Shown piece after piece: positions 12,401 to 24,474 of a stretch of 64,000 bases of DNA (positions are counted from its first letter, which is position 1; every line of letters begins with the position of its first letter). A program made the translations under genes and the position numbers. Where the stretch lies: assembly GCA_038087875.1 (NCBI GenBank), contig JAXLNO010000796.1, positions 1 to 64,000 on the forward strand, read 5' to 3'. This stretch comes from Malacoraja senta (taxonomy: Eukaryota). The notes beneath the pieces were generated by a model that worked only from the letters and a program-made list of their open reading frames with translations, was not told the DNA's origin and made no database searches.

Positions 12401-15400
12401 ATTTTCAAAGCAAACATTTTGCATTTTCAAAGCAAACACCTTTTGCATTTTCAGACCAAACCACCTTTTGCATTTTTAAAGCAAACCACCCTTTGTATTT
12501 TCAAAGCAAACTGCATTTTGCATTTTCAAAGCATACTACCTTTTGTATTTTCAAAGCCAACCACCATTTGCATTTTCAAACCAAACCAGCATTTGCATTT
12601 TCAAACCAAACCATCATTTGCATTTTCAAACCAAACCATCATTTCCATTTTCAAACCAAACCACCATTTGCATTTTCAAACCAAACCACCATTTGCATTT
12701 TCAAACCAAACCACCATTTGCATTTTCAAACCAAACCACCGAACCCCCTTTTTCATTTTCAATCGGAACCACCTTTTGCATTTTCAGGATACTTTTTGCA
12801 TTTTCGAAGCAAACCTTTTGCATTTTCAAAGCAAATCTTTGCATTTTCAAAGCAAACCATTTGCATTTTCAAAGCAAACATTTTGCATTTTCAAAGCAAA
12901 CACCTTTTGCATTTTCAGACCAAACCACCTTTTGCATTTTTAAAGCAAACCACCCTTTGTATTTTCAAAGCAAACTGCATTTTGCATTTTCAAAGCATAC
13001 TACCTTTTGTATTTTCAAAGCCAACCACCATTTGCATTTTCAAAGCAAACCTTTTGTATTTTCAAAGCAAACCTTTTGCATTTTCAAAGCAAAACACCAT
13101 TTGCATTTTCAAAGCAAACCACCTTTAGCATTTTTAAAGCAAACCACCTTTTGCATTTTCAAAGCAAACCACCATTTGCATTTTCAAACAAAACCACCAT
13201 TTGAATTTTCAAACCAAACCACCATTTACATTTTCAAACCAATCCACCATTTGCATTTTCAAACCAAACCATCATTTGCATTTTCAAACCAAAGCACCAT
13301 TTGCATTTTCAAACCAAACCTCCTTTTACATTTTCAAACCGAACCCCCTTTTGCATTTTCAAACCGAACCTCCTTTTACATTTTCAAAGCAAACATTTTG
13401 CATTTTCAAAGTAAACCTTTTGCATTTTAAAGCAAACATTTGCATTTTGAAAACAAACCATTTGCATTTTCAAAGCACACATTTTGCATTTTCAAAGCAC
13501 CTTTTGAATTTTCAAAGCAAACCGCCTTTCGCATTTTCAAAGCAAACTGCCTTTTGCATTTTCAAAGCAAACAGCCTTTTGCATTTTCAAAGCAAACCGC
13601 CTTTTGCATTTTCAAAGCAAACCACCTTTTGTATTTTCAAAGCAAACCACATGTTGCATTTTCAAAGCAAACAACATTTTGCATTTTCAAAGCAAACCAC
13701 CTTTTGCATTTTGCAAAGCAAACCACCTTTTGTATGAAGCAAACCACCTTTTGCATTTTCACAGCAAACAACTTTTGCATTTTCAAAGCAAAGCACCTTT
13801 GGCATTTTCAAAGCAAACCACCATTTGCATTATCAAAGCGAACCTTTTGCATTTTCAAATCCATCCTTTTGCATTTTCAAAGCAAACCTTTTGTATTTTC
13901 AAAGCAAATCTTTTGCATTATCAAAGCAAAACACCATTTGCATTTTCAAAGCAAACCACCGTTAGCATTTTTAAAGCAAACCACCGTTTGCATTTTCAAA
14001 GCAAATTTGTTTTCCATTTTCGAAGCAAACCGCCATTTGCCTTTTCGAAGCAGACCGCCATTTGCATTTTCGAAGCAAACCATCTTTTGCATTTGCAAAG
14101 CAAACCACCTTTTGCATTTTCAAAGCAAACCACCTTTTGCATTTTCAAAGCAAAACATTTTTCGCATTTTCAAAGCAAACCAACTTTTGCATTTTCAACC
14201 CAATCCTTTTGCATTTTCAAACCAAACCTTTAGCATTTCGAAACAATCCACCATTTGCATTTTCAAACCAAACCAGCATTTGCATTTTCAAACCAAACCA
14301 TCATTTGCATTTTCAAACCAAACCACCATTTGCATTTTCTAACCAAACCACCGAACCCCCTTTTTCCTTTTCAAACGGAACCACCTTTTGCATTTTCAGG
14401 ATACTTTTTGCATTTTCGAAGCAAACCTTTTGCATTTTCAAAGCAAATCTTTGCATTTTCAAAGCAAATCTTTGCATTTTCAAAGCAAACCATTTGCATT
14501 TTCAAAGCAAACATTTTGCATTTTCAAAGCAAACCTTTTGCATTTTCAAAGCAAAATACCATTTGCATTTTCAAAGCAATCCACCTTTAGCATTTTTAAA
14601 GCAAACCACCTTTTGCATTTTCAAAGTAAACCACTATTTGCATTTTCAAACAAAACTACCATTTGCATTTTCAAACCAAACCACCATTTACATTTTCAAA
14701 CCAATCCACCATTTGCATTTTCAAACCAAACCATCATTTCCATTTTCAAACCAAAGCACCATTTGCATTTTCAAACCAAACCTCCTTTTACATTTTCAAA
14801 CCGAACCCCCTTTTGCATTTTCAAACCGAACCTCCTTTTACATTTTCAAAGCAAACACTTTGCATTTTCAAAGTAAACCTTTTGCATTTTTAAAGCAAAC
14901 ATTTGCATTTTGAAAACAAACCATTTGCATTTTCAAAGCAAACATTTTGCATTTTCAAAGCACCTTTTGAATTTTCAAAGCAAAGCACCTTTTGCATTTT
15001 CAAACCAAACCACCTGTTGCACTTTCAAAGCAAACCACCTTTCGCATTTTCAAAGCAAACAACGTTTTGCATTTTCAAAGCAAACCACCTTTTGCATTTT
15101 GCAAAGCAAACCACCTTTTGTATGAAGCAAACCACCTTTTGCATTTTCACATCAAACAACTTTTGCATTTTCAAAGCAAAGCACCTTTGGCATTTTCAAA
15201 GCAAACCACCATTTGCATTTTCAAAGCAAACCAGCGTTAGCATTTTTAAAGCAAAGCACCGTTTGCATTTTCAAAGCAAAAATGTTTTCCATTGTCGAAG
15301 CAAACCGCCATTTGCCTTTTCGAAGCAAACCGCCATTTGCATTTTCGAAGCAAACCATCTTTTGCATTTGCAAAGCAAACCACCTTTTGCATTTTCAAAG

Positions 15401-18400
15401 CAAACCACCTTTTGCATTTTCAAAGCAAAACATCTTTCGCATTTTCAAAGCAAACCAACTTTTGCATTTTCAACGCAATCCTTTTGCATTTTCAAACCAA
15501 AGCTTTAGCATTTTCGAACCAATCCACCATTTGCATTTTCAAACCAAACCAGCATTTGCATTTTCAAACCAAACCATCATTTGCATTTTCAAACCAAACC
15601 ATCATAGATACATAGATACATAGAAAATAGGTGCAGGAGTAGGCCATTCGGCCCTTCGAGCCTGCACCGCCATTCAATATGATCATGGCTGATCATCCAA
15701 CTCAGTATCCCGTACCTGCCTTCTCTCCATACCCCCTGATCCCTTTAACCACAAGGGCCACATCTAACTCCCTCTTAAATATAGCCAATGAACTGGCCTC
15801 AACTACCCTCTGTGGCAGAGAGTTCCAGAGATTCACCACTCTCTGTGTGAAAAAGTTTTTCCTCATCTCGGTCTTAAAGGATTTCCCCCTTATCCTTAAG
15901 CTGTGACCCCTTGTCCTGGACTTCCCCAACATCGGGAACAATCTTCCTGCATCTAGCCTGTCCAACCCCATAAGAATTTTGTACGTTTCTATAAGATCCC
16001 CTCTCAATCTCCTAAATTCCAGCGAGTATAAGCCAAGTCTATCCAGTCTTTCTTCATATGAAAGTCCTGACATCCCAGGAATCAGTCTGGTGAACCTTCT
16101 CTGCACTCCCTCTATGGCTATAATGTCCTTCCTCAGATTTGGAGACCAAAACTGTACGCAATACTCCAGGTGTGGTCTCACCAAGACCCTGTACAACTGC
16201 AGTAGAACCTCCCTGCTCCTATACTCAAATCCTCTTGCTATGAAGGCCAACATACCATTCGCTTTCTTCACTGCCTGCTGCACCTGCATGCCTACTTTCA
16301 ATGACTGGTGTACCATGACACCCAGGTCTCGCTGCACCTCCCCATTTCCTAATCGGCCACCATTTAGATAATAGTCTGCCTTCCCGTTTTTGCCACCAAA
16401 GTGGATAACCTCACATTTATCCACATTATACTGCATCTGCCAAACATTTGCCCACTCACCCAGCCTATCCAAGTCACCTTGCAGTCTCCTAGCATCCTCC
16501 TCACAGCTAACACTGCCCCCCATCTTAGTGTCATCCGCAAACTTGGAGATGTTGCTTTCAATTCCCTCGTCCAGATCATTAATATAAATTGTAAATAGCT
16601 GGGGTCCCAGCACTGAGCCTTGCGGTACCCCACTAGTCACTGCCTGCCATTGTGAAAAGGACCAGTTTTCAAACCAAACCACCATTTCCATTTTCAAACC
16701 AAACCACCATTTGCATTTTCAAACCAAACCACCATTTGCATTTTCAAACCAAACCACCGAACCCCCTTTTTCATTTTCAAACGGAACCACCTTTTGCATT
16801 TTCAGGATACTTTTTGCATTTTCGAAGCAAACCTTTTGCATTTTGAAAGCAAATCTTTGCATTTTCAAAGCAAACCATTTGCATTTTCAAAGCAAACATT
16901 TTGCATTTTCAAAGCAAACCACCTTTTGCATTTTCAGACCAAACCACCTTTTGCATTTTTAAAGCAAACCACCCTTTGTATTTTCAAAGCAAACCGCATT
17001 TTGCATTTTCAAAGCATACTACCTTTTGTATTTTCAAAGCAAACCACCATTTGCATTTTGAAAGCAAACCTTTTGTATTTTCAAAGCAAACCTTTTGCAT
17101 TTTCAAAGCAAAACACCATTTGCATTTTCAAAGCAACCCACCTTTAGCATTTTTAAAGCAAACCACCTTTTGCATTTTCAAAGCACCCCACCATTTGCAT
17201 TTTCAAACAAAACCACCATTTGCATTTTCAAACCAAACCACCATTTACATATTCAAACCAATCCACCATTTGCATTTTCAAACCATACCTTTAGCATTTT
17301 CGAACGAATCCACCATTTGCATTTTCAAACCAAACCAGCATTTGCATTTTCAAACCAAACCATCATTTGCATTTTCAAACCAAACCATCATTTCCATTTT
17401 CAAACCAAACCACCATTTGCATTTTCAAACCAAACCACCATTTGCATTTTCAAACCAAACTACCGAACCCCCTTTTTCATTTTCAATCGGAACCACCTTT
17501 TGCATTTTCAGGATACTTTTTGCATTTTCGAAGCAAACTTTTTGCATTTTCAAAGCAAATCTTTGCATTTTCAAAGCAAACCATTTGCATTTTCAAAGCA
17601 AACATTTTGCATTTTCAAAGCAAACACCTTTTGCATTTTCAGACCAAACCACCTTTTGCATTTTTAAGGCACCCTTTGTATTTTCAAAGCAAACTGCATT
17701 TTGCATTTTCAAAGCATACTACCTTTCGTATTTTCAAAGCAAACCACCATTTGCATTTTCAAAGCAAAGCTTTTGTATTTTCAAAGCAAACCTTTTGCAT
17801 TTTCAAAGCAAAACACCATTTGCATTTTCAAAGCAAACCACCTTTAGCATTTTTAAAGCAAACCACCTTTTGCATTTTTAAAGCAAACCACCATTTCCAT
17901 TTTGCAACAAAACCACCATTTGCATTTTCAAACCAAACCACCATTTACATTTTCAAACCAATCCACCATTTGCATTTTCAAACCAAACCATCATTTGCAT
18001 TTTCAAACCAAAGCACCATTTGCATTTTCAAACCAAACCTCCTTTTACATTTTCAAACCGAACCCCCTTCTGCATTTTCAAACCGAACCTCCTTTTACAT
18101 TTTCAAAGCAAACATTTTGCATTTTCAAAGTAAACCTTTTGCATTTTTAAAGCAAACATTTGCATTTTGAAAACAAACCATTTGCATTTACAAAGCACAC
18201 ATTTTGCATTTTCAAAGCACCTTTTGAATTTTCAAAGCAAACCGCCTTTCGCATTTTCAAAGCAAACTGCCTTTTGCATTTTCAAAGCAAACAGCCTTTT
18301 GTATTTTCAAAGCAAACCGCCTTTTGCATTTTCAAAGCAAACCACCTTTTGTATTTTCAAAGCAAACCACATGTTGCATTTTCAAAGCAAACAACATTTT

Positions 18401-20380
18401 GCATTTTCAAAGCAAACCACCTTTTGCATTTTGCAAAGCAAACCACCTTTTGTATGAAGCAAACCACCTTTTGCATTTTCACAGCAAACAACTTTTGCAT
18501 TTTCAAAGCAAAGCACCTTTGGCATTTTCAAAGCAAACCTTTTGTATTTTCAAAGCAAACCTGTTGCATTATCAAAGCAAAACACCATTTGCATTTTCAA
18601 AGCAAACTTCCGTTAGCATTTTTAAAGCAAACCACCTTTTGCATTTTCAACCCAATCCTTTTGCATTTTGAAACCAAACCTTTAGCATTTTCGAACCAAT
18701 CCACCATTTGCATTTTCAAACCAAACCAGCATTTGCATTTTCAAACCAAACCATCATTTGCATTTTCAAACCAAACCACCATTTCCATTTTCAAACCAAA
18801 CCACCATTTGCATTTTCAAACCAAACCATCATTTCCATTTTCAAACCAAACCACCATTTGCATTTTCAAACCAAACCACCATTTGCATTTTCAGACAAAA
18901 CCACCTTTTGCATTTTCAAAGCAAACCATCATTTGCATTTTCAAACCAAACCACCATTTGCATTTTCAAACCAAACCACCGAACCCCCTTTTTCATTTTC
19001 AAATGGAACCACCTTTTGCATTTTCAGGATACTTTTTGCATTTTCGAAGCAAACGTTTTGCATTTTCAAAGCAAATCTTTGCATTTTCAAAGCAAATCTT
19101 TGCATTTTCAAAGCAAACCATTTGCATTTTCAAAGCAAACATTTTGCATTTTCAAAGCAAACCACCTTTTGCATTTTCAGACCAAACCACCTTTTGCATT
19201 TTTAAAGCAAACCACCCTTTGTATTTTCAAAGCAAACCACATTTTGCATTTTCAAAGCATACTACCTTTTGTATTTTCAAAGCAAACCACCATTATCATT
19301 TTCAAAGTAAACCTTTTGTATTTTCAAAGCAAACCTTTTGCATTTTCAAAGCAAAATACCATTTGCATTTTCAAAGCAAACCACCTTTTGCATTTTCAAA
19401 GCAAACCACCATTTGCATTTTCAAACAAAAGTACCATTTGCATTTTCAAACCAAACCACCATTTACATTTTCAAACCAATCCACCATTTGCATTTTCAAA
19501 CCAAACCATCATTTCCATTTTCAAACCAAAGCACTATTTGCATTTTAAAACCGAACCTCCTTTTACATTTTCAAAGCAAACATTTTGCATTTTCAAAGTA
19601 AACCTTTTGCATTTTTAAAGCAAACATTTGCATTTTGAAAAAAAACCATTTGCATTTTCAAAGCAAACATTTTGCATTTTCAAAGCACCTTTTGAATTTT
19701 CAAAGCAAAGCACCTTTTGCATTTTCAAACCAAACCACCTGTTCCACTTTGAAAGCAAACCGCCTATCGCATTTTCAAAGCAAACAACGTTTTGCATTTT
19801 CAAAGCAAACCACCTTTTGCATTTTGCAAAGCAAACCACCTTTTGTATGAAGCAAACCACCTTTTGCATTTTCACAGCAAACAACTTTTGCATTTTCAAA
19901 GCAAAGCACCTCTGGCATTTTCAAAGCAAACCACCATTTGCATTTTCAAAGCAAACCTTTTGCATTATCAAAGCAAAACACCATTTGCATTTTCAAAGCA
20001 AACTACCGTTAGCATTTTTAAAGCAAAGCACCGTTTGCATTTTCAAAGCAAAAATGTTTTCCATTGTCGAAGCAAACCGCCATTTGCCTTTTCGAAGCAA
20101 ACCGCCATTTGCATTTTCGAAGCAAACCATCTTTTGCATTTGCGAAGCAAACCACCTTTTGCATTTTCAAAGCAAACCACCTTTTGCATTTTCAAAGCAA
20201 AACATCTTTCGCATTTTCAAAGCAAACCAACTTTTGCATTTTCAACCCAATCCTTTTGCATTTTCGAACCAATCCACCATTTGCATTTTCAAACCAAACC
20301 ACCATTTCCATTTTCAAACCAAACCACATTTTGCATTTTCAAAGCAAACCCCCTTTAGCATTTTTAAAGCAAACCACAAT
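6438..20380. repeat. Satellite DNA array of about 14 kb; 25-bp monomer with 22-bp and 29-bp variants and higher-order structure
   Basis: Monomers GCATTTTCAAAGCAAACCACCTTTT and GCATTTTCAAACCAAACCACCATTT. Rare landmark variants recur at fixed spacings (830 bp and about 1.4-1.55 kb). The array ends in an N gap. Confidence 0.97.
15604..16665 (-). mobile_element. 5'-truncated CR1/HER1 LINE inserted in the satellite (RT C-terminal half, uninterrupted frame)
   Basis: ORF 15702-16697: GVPQGSVLGPQLF...FADDTK...LVRPHLEYCVQFWSP...FFTQRVVNLWNSLP. The 3' tail is (TATCTATG)n at about 15604-15625. Confidence 0.96.
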
Positions 20381-20753
20381 NNNNNNNNNNNNNNNNNNNN
20401 NNNNNNNNNNNNNNNNNNNNNNNNNNNNNNNNNNNNNNNNNNNNNNNNNNNNNNNNNNNNNNNNNNNNNNNNNNNNNNNNNNNNNNNNNNNNNNNNNNNN
20501 NNNNNNNNNNNNNNNNNNNNNNNNNNNNNNNNNNNNNNNNNNNNNNNNNNNNNNNNNNNNNNNNNNNNNNNNNNNNNNNNNNNNNNNNNNNNNNNNNNNN
20601 NNNNNNNNNNNNNNNNNNNNNNNNNNNNNNNNNNNNNNNNNNNNNNNNNNNNNNNNNNNNNNNNNNNNNNNNNNNNNNNNNNNNNNNNNNNNNNNNNNNN
20701 NNNNNNNNNNNNNNNNNNNNNNNNNNNNNNNNNNNNNNNNNNNNNNNNNNNNN
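20381..20753. other. Assembly gap (N run)
   Basis: Run of N. Confidence 1.
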
Positions 20754-20813
20754 GAGAAAAGCAGGGAGAGAGAGAGAGGGAGAGAGAAGTATCCACCTCT
20801 CCCTCCCTCTCTG

Positions 20814-21130
20814 GTCGTCACGGTGACCCAGCGGTAGAGTTGCCACCTCACGGCGCCAGAGACCCCAGTTCCATCCCGACCACGGGTGCTGTCTGTGCGG
20901 TGTTTGCACGTTCTCTCCCCGTGACCTGCGTGGGATTTCTCCGGGCGCTCTGGTTTCCTATCACACTCCAAAGATGTGCAGGTTTGTAGGTTAATTGGCT
21001 TCTGGTAAAGATTGTAAATTGTCCCCTAGTGTGTGTGTAGGATAGTGTTAGTGTGCGGGGATCGCTGGTCGGCACGGACTCGGTGGGGCCGAAGGGCCTG
21101 TTTCCGTGCTGTATCTCTAAACTAAACTAG
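20814..21130 (+). mobile_element. HE1-type tRNA-derived SINE
   Basis: tRNA-like head (cagcggtagagttg...gacccc.gttccatccc), central gtgcaggtttgtaggttaattggc, and 3' gggccgaagggcctgtttccgtgctgtatctctaaactaaac. At least eight homologous copies occur in the window. Confidence 0.85.
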
Positions 21131-21182
21131 AATTCCACCAGCTTGACTGTGTGGTCATTAAATAATCTGAATCTGAATCTGA

Positions 21183-21488
21183 ATAACAAGAAGAGTTGAG
21201 TATAGGAGCAAAGAGGTCCTTCTCCAGTTGTACAGGGCCCTGGTGAGAACACACCTGGAGTATTGTGTGCAGTTTTGGCCTGTTGGCCTTTATAACAAGA
21301 GGAGTTGAGTATAGGAGGAAACATGTCCCTCTGCAGTTGTACAGGGCCCTGGTGAGACCAGACCTGGAGTATTGTGTGCAGTTTTGGCCTGTTGGCCTTT
21401 ATAACAAGAGGAGTTGAGTATAGGAGCAAAGAGGTCCTTCTGCAGTTGTACAGAGCCCTGGTGAGACCACACCTGAAGTATTGTGTGC
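21183..21488 (+). repeat. Tandem triplication of a 109-bp CR1 RT fragment
   Basis: Units start at 21183, 21292 and 21401. They encode ITRGVEYRSKEVLLQLYRALVRPHLEYCV-like CR1 sequence. Confidence 0.88.
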
Positions 21489-21532
21489 CCGCACACATGC
21501 ACGCCCTCCACGCGCGCGTGTGTGAACGGGCG

Positions 21533-22239
21533 ATTCATCCCCAACAACACTGGTCCGGATGGGTCAGTGTCAAGAGCCCTAGCAGGTCTCACCTCTCTGA
21601 CTATCGAATCGGCTGAGAACTCTGGAGTAGACAACTCCTGGACTGGGTTTCTAGACTCCTGGTTTGGGAAATGGAAGCACATCTTTACCTCAGCTCTAAC
21701 ATCAGTTGCAGTCATGGTGGGGTTACTGTGTTTGTTCGGATGTTGTATCATTCCCTGCGTACGGGGATTGGCTCAGCGATTGATAGAAACAGCCCTGACA
21801 AAGAACAGCGCCGCCACCATGATGGCTTTCAGAACACAGTATAACCAACGAGAGGGGGATAGGGAGGCAAAGAATCTGCTGCTAGCATTAGAAAGGAGGA
21901 TATAGTATAAATCAAAGGTTGCGTAGCAAAAAAGAAAAGGGTGGATTGTGAGGAAAGAGTTAACAGACATAGTTGATTTAGACTAGGGATAGAAAAATGG
22001 CTTGTGGTGTCAGCAGAAGCCAGACTGCTGGTAAAATAGAAAATAATGACATATAGAACAGAGGGAGAAATTCTAGATAAAAAGTAGCAAATTCAGCAGA
22101 AGATTTGAGAAGTAAGTAGAAAGGGAGAAAGTACATAAGGTCAAACATATCTGCGCATGCCTAATGAACTTACATGAATATGTACACACACCCACTATGA
22201 CAAGATGCCTAATTTAAATGCACATGCGATGCATGATAT
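21533..22239 (+). mobile_element. env: Endogenous retrovirus copy A: env TM C-terminus, PPT and partial LTR (U3, 21947-22239)
   Basis: FIPNNTGPDGSVSRALAGL...CCIIPCVRGL is near-identical to 24060-24765. PPT AAGAAAAGGGTGGAT is followed by TGTGAG at 21947. Confidence 0.92.
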
Positions 22240-22549
22240 AGAACTAAAAATTAAAGGATTGCTGGCCCAGAGCCCACCACTGGACTTCCCGATACACTCA
22301 GTCAAGGCTGGAGACTGGGTATTAATAAAAATGTGGAAAGAAGAAAAGCTGCAACCTAAGTGGACTGGACCCTACCTGGTGTTACTAATCACCGAGACGG
22401 CAGTACGAACAAAAGAGAAAGGGTGGACACACGCAAGTCGAGTTAAGGGTCCTGTGGAGGCCCCACCAGACAATATCAGCCCGTGGACTGTGCGCAAAGG
22501 AGAGGAACCATTGACTTTAATATTTACCAAGAACCCGCGGGAAAAATGA
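22240..22549 (+). pseudogene. pol: ERV copy B pol, integrase C-terminal remnant
   Basis: IHSVKAGDWVLIKMWKEEKLQPKWTGPYLVLLITETAVRTKEKGWTHASRVK matches the retroviral integrase C-terminal W.GPY.V motif. The stop TGA overlaps the env ATG. Confidence 0.88.
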
Positions 22550-24438
22550 AGATTTCGTGTTGGTGGGTCGTGTGTTGGGTGGTTACCCAACTCGTGAGTA
22601 ATATAACATGCATAAAAATCACAATACCACAGAATAGAAGGTCCACCACCATCCCGTTTAATGTATGTAAAGGAAAATGGTGGTGTGGCTATAGAATGTA
22701 TGTATGCACCCATCCCTGTAGAAATTGGCACGCGGTGTTCACTTCATCAAGAGAAGGGTGGCATCAGCCCACCTATCAAACTGATAGGTGGAAAGTACAT
22801 CAAAACCCAAACGAGAAATTGCCAGGACGTATATATGTGAGCATACAGAATGTTCAAATGCAGGAAAGTGGTAGGTATTGGATATGTGCAGATAGAACAG
22901 GGAAGGACACATGTCTGAAGTTTGAGATAGAAGTGAAGCGGGATGGGGAGATGGTAAGATAAGAGAATAGGGGAAAGGTGTTCAAGATAGATGACAGTCA
23001 GAATAGGGATCCCGGGGCAACACCAGCACCACCAGTAGTCAGCAAAGTCACCAGGGAGAATGAGTCTAAGGATCTGAATATAATGATAGTAGAAGGAGAA
23101 ACAGGATTAATGCAGTTATATGAGAAGGGAATACCAACAGGGGGAAAAGGAGCCAACACCTGGCTTGCCTGGATGATGTACACAGCCAGAAGTATGCAAT
23201 GAACCAATTGTTACACCTGCGCCGGAGCTAGGCCTCAGCTGGTCCCAGTACCATTTCCCCTGAATTGGAATAGAACACCTAGGGCTATGTCATGTATACT
23301 ACAGCTATTCACGAATCCCCTCTTACCAAAGAATGTGATATGCCAGAATTATCATTACCTATTTCCGACCAGCAACAACAATACGAAGGGCCGATCCTCG
23401 ACCTCCTCCATTTACCAGTCCTCTTGGGGAGGAGGGGTTTGAGTGCTATACAAGAAATAACCCAGAGGGACAGGATATGGGGAAGGTGCTCAACTGCAAT
23501 CAGACGTATAACATAACGGCTGAGGAACAGGGACCACTGTTCAATAGCTCCTGGCTGAAAAAGCAGATAGTCAGTAGAGCCGATGTCTGGTGGTGGTGCG
23601 GGGAGAATACCCTGTGGCCCCGGTTACCTGGACGGGAACCTGTACCCTCACACAACTGATGATGCCCTTCACCATAGCAGTAGAACATGCTGTAGAACTC
23701 AATGAAGGAAGCCAACGACAAAAGAGAGGGGTGAAAGGATCATTCGACACACACATATATATAGATGCGATAGGGGTGACAAGAGGGGTACCCGATGAAT
23801 TCAAAGCCAGAAACCAGATAGCTGCGGGCTTTGAGTCCATGATCTTCTGGTGGTCCACAATTAATAAAAATGTGGACTGGATCAACTACCTATACTACAA
23901 TCAACAACGCTTTATAAATTACACTCGAGATGCAGTTGAAGGATTAGCGGAACAACTGACAGCTACCAGCCAAATGGCCTGGCAAAATCGCATGGCCTTG
24001 GACATGCTACTGGCTGAGAAGGGAGGGGTATGTGTAATGTTTGGCGAACAATGTTGCACATTCATCCCCAACAACACTGCTCCGGATGGGTCAGTGTCAA
24101 GAGCCCTAGCAGGTCTCACCTCTCTGACTATCGAATTGGCTGAGAACTCTGGAGTAGACAACTCCTGCACTGGGTTTCTAGAATCCTGGTTTGGGAAATG
24201 GAAGCACATCTTTACCTCAGCTCTAACATCAGTTGTAGTCATGGTGGGGTTACTGTGTTTGTTCGGATGTTGTATCATTCCCTGCATACGGGGATTGGCT
24301 CAGCGATTGATAGAAACAGCCCTGACAAAGAACAGCGCCGCCACCATGATGGCCTTCAGAACACAGTATAACCTACGAGAGGGGGATAGGGAGGCGAAGA
24401 AGCTGCTGCTAGCATTAGAAAAGGAAGATATAGTATAA
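22546..24438 (+). pseudogene. env: ERV copy B gamma-type env, full span but disrupted (stops at 22960 and 23200, about three frameshifts in SU)
   Basis: Signal peptide MKISCWWVVCWVV; CXXC (CYTC, 23209-23220); furin site RQKR (23716-23727); immunosuppressive domain QNRMALDMLLAEKGGVC; CX6CC (CVMFGEQCC); hydrophobic TM anchor. Confidence 0.93.
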
Positions 24439-24474
24439 ATCAAAGGTTGCGTAGCAAAAAAGAAAAGGGTGGAT

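Noticed and set aside
6402-20380. Dozens of long + strand ORFs (up to 555 aa) rich in F, K, Q, H and S
   Set aside because: The satellite monomer has no TAA, TAG or TGA on the + strand, so all three frames stay open. The products are low-complexity translations of the repeat.
6438-20380. CRISPR-like appearance (25-bp repeats with dyad symmetry)
   Set aside because: The monomers are directly adjacent with no unique spacers, there are no cas genes, and the context is eukaryotic.
20814-20880. tRNA genes suggested by A/B-box-like sequence in SINE heads (also 45820-45890, 46430-46490, 53655-53710)
   Set aside because: These are SINE 5' regions without a complete cloverleaf, and they continue into SINE body and tail sequence.
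21947-22239. 5' LTR of provirus B
   Set aside because: It is preceded by env and a PPT, has no R/U5 or primer-binding site, and joins pol directly. It is a truncated internal or 3' LTR.
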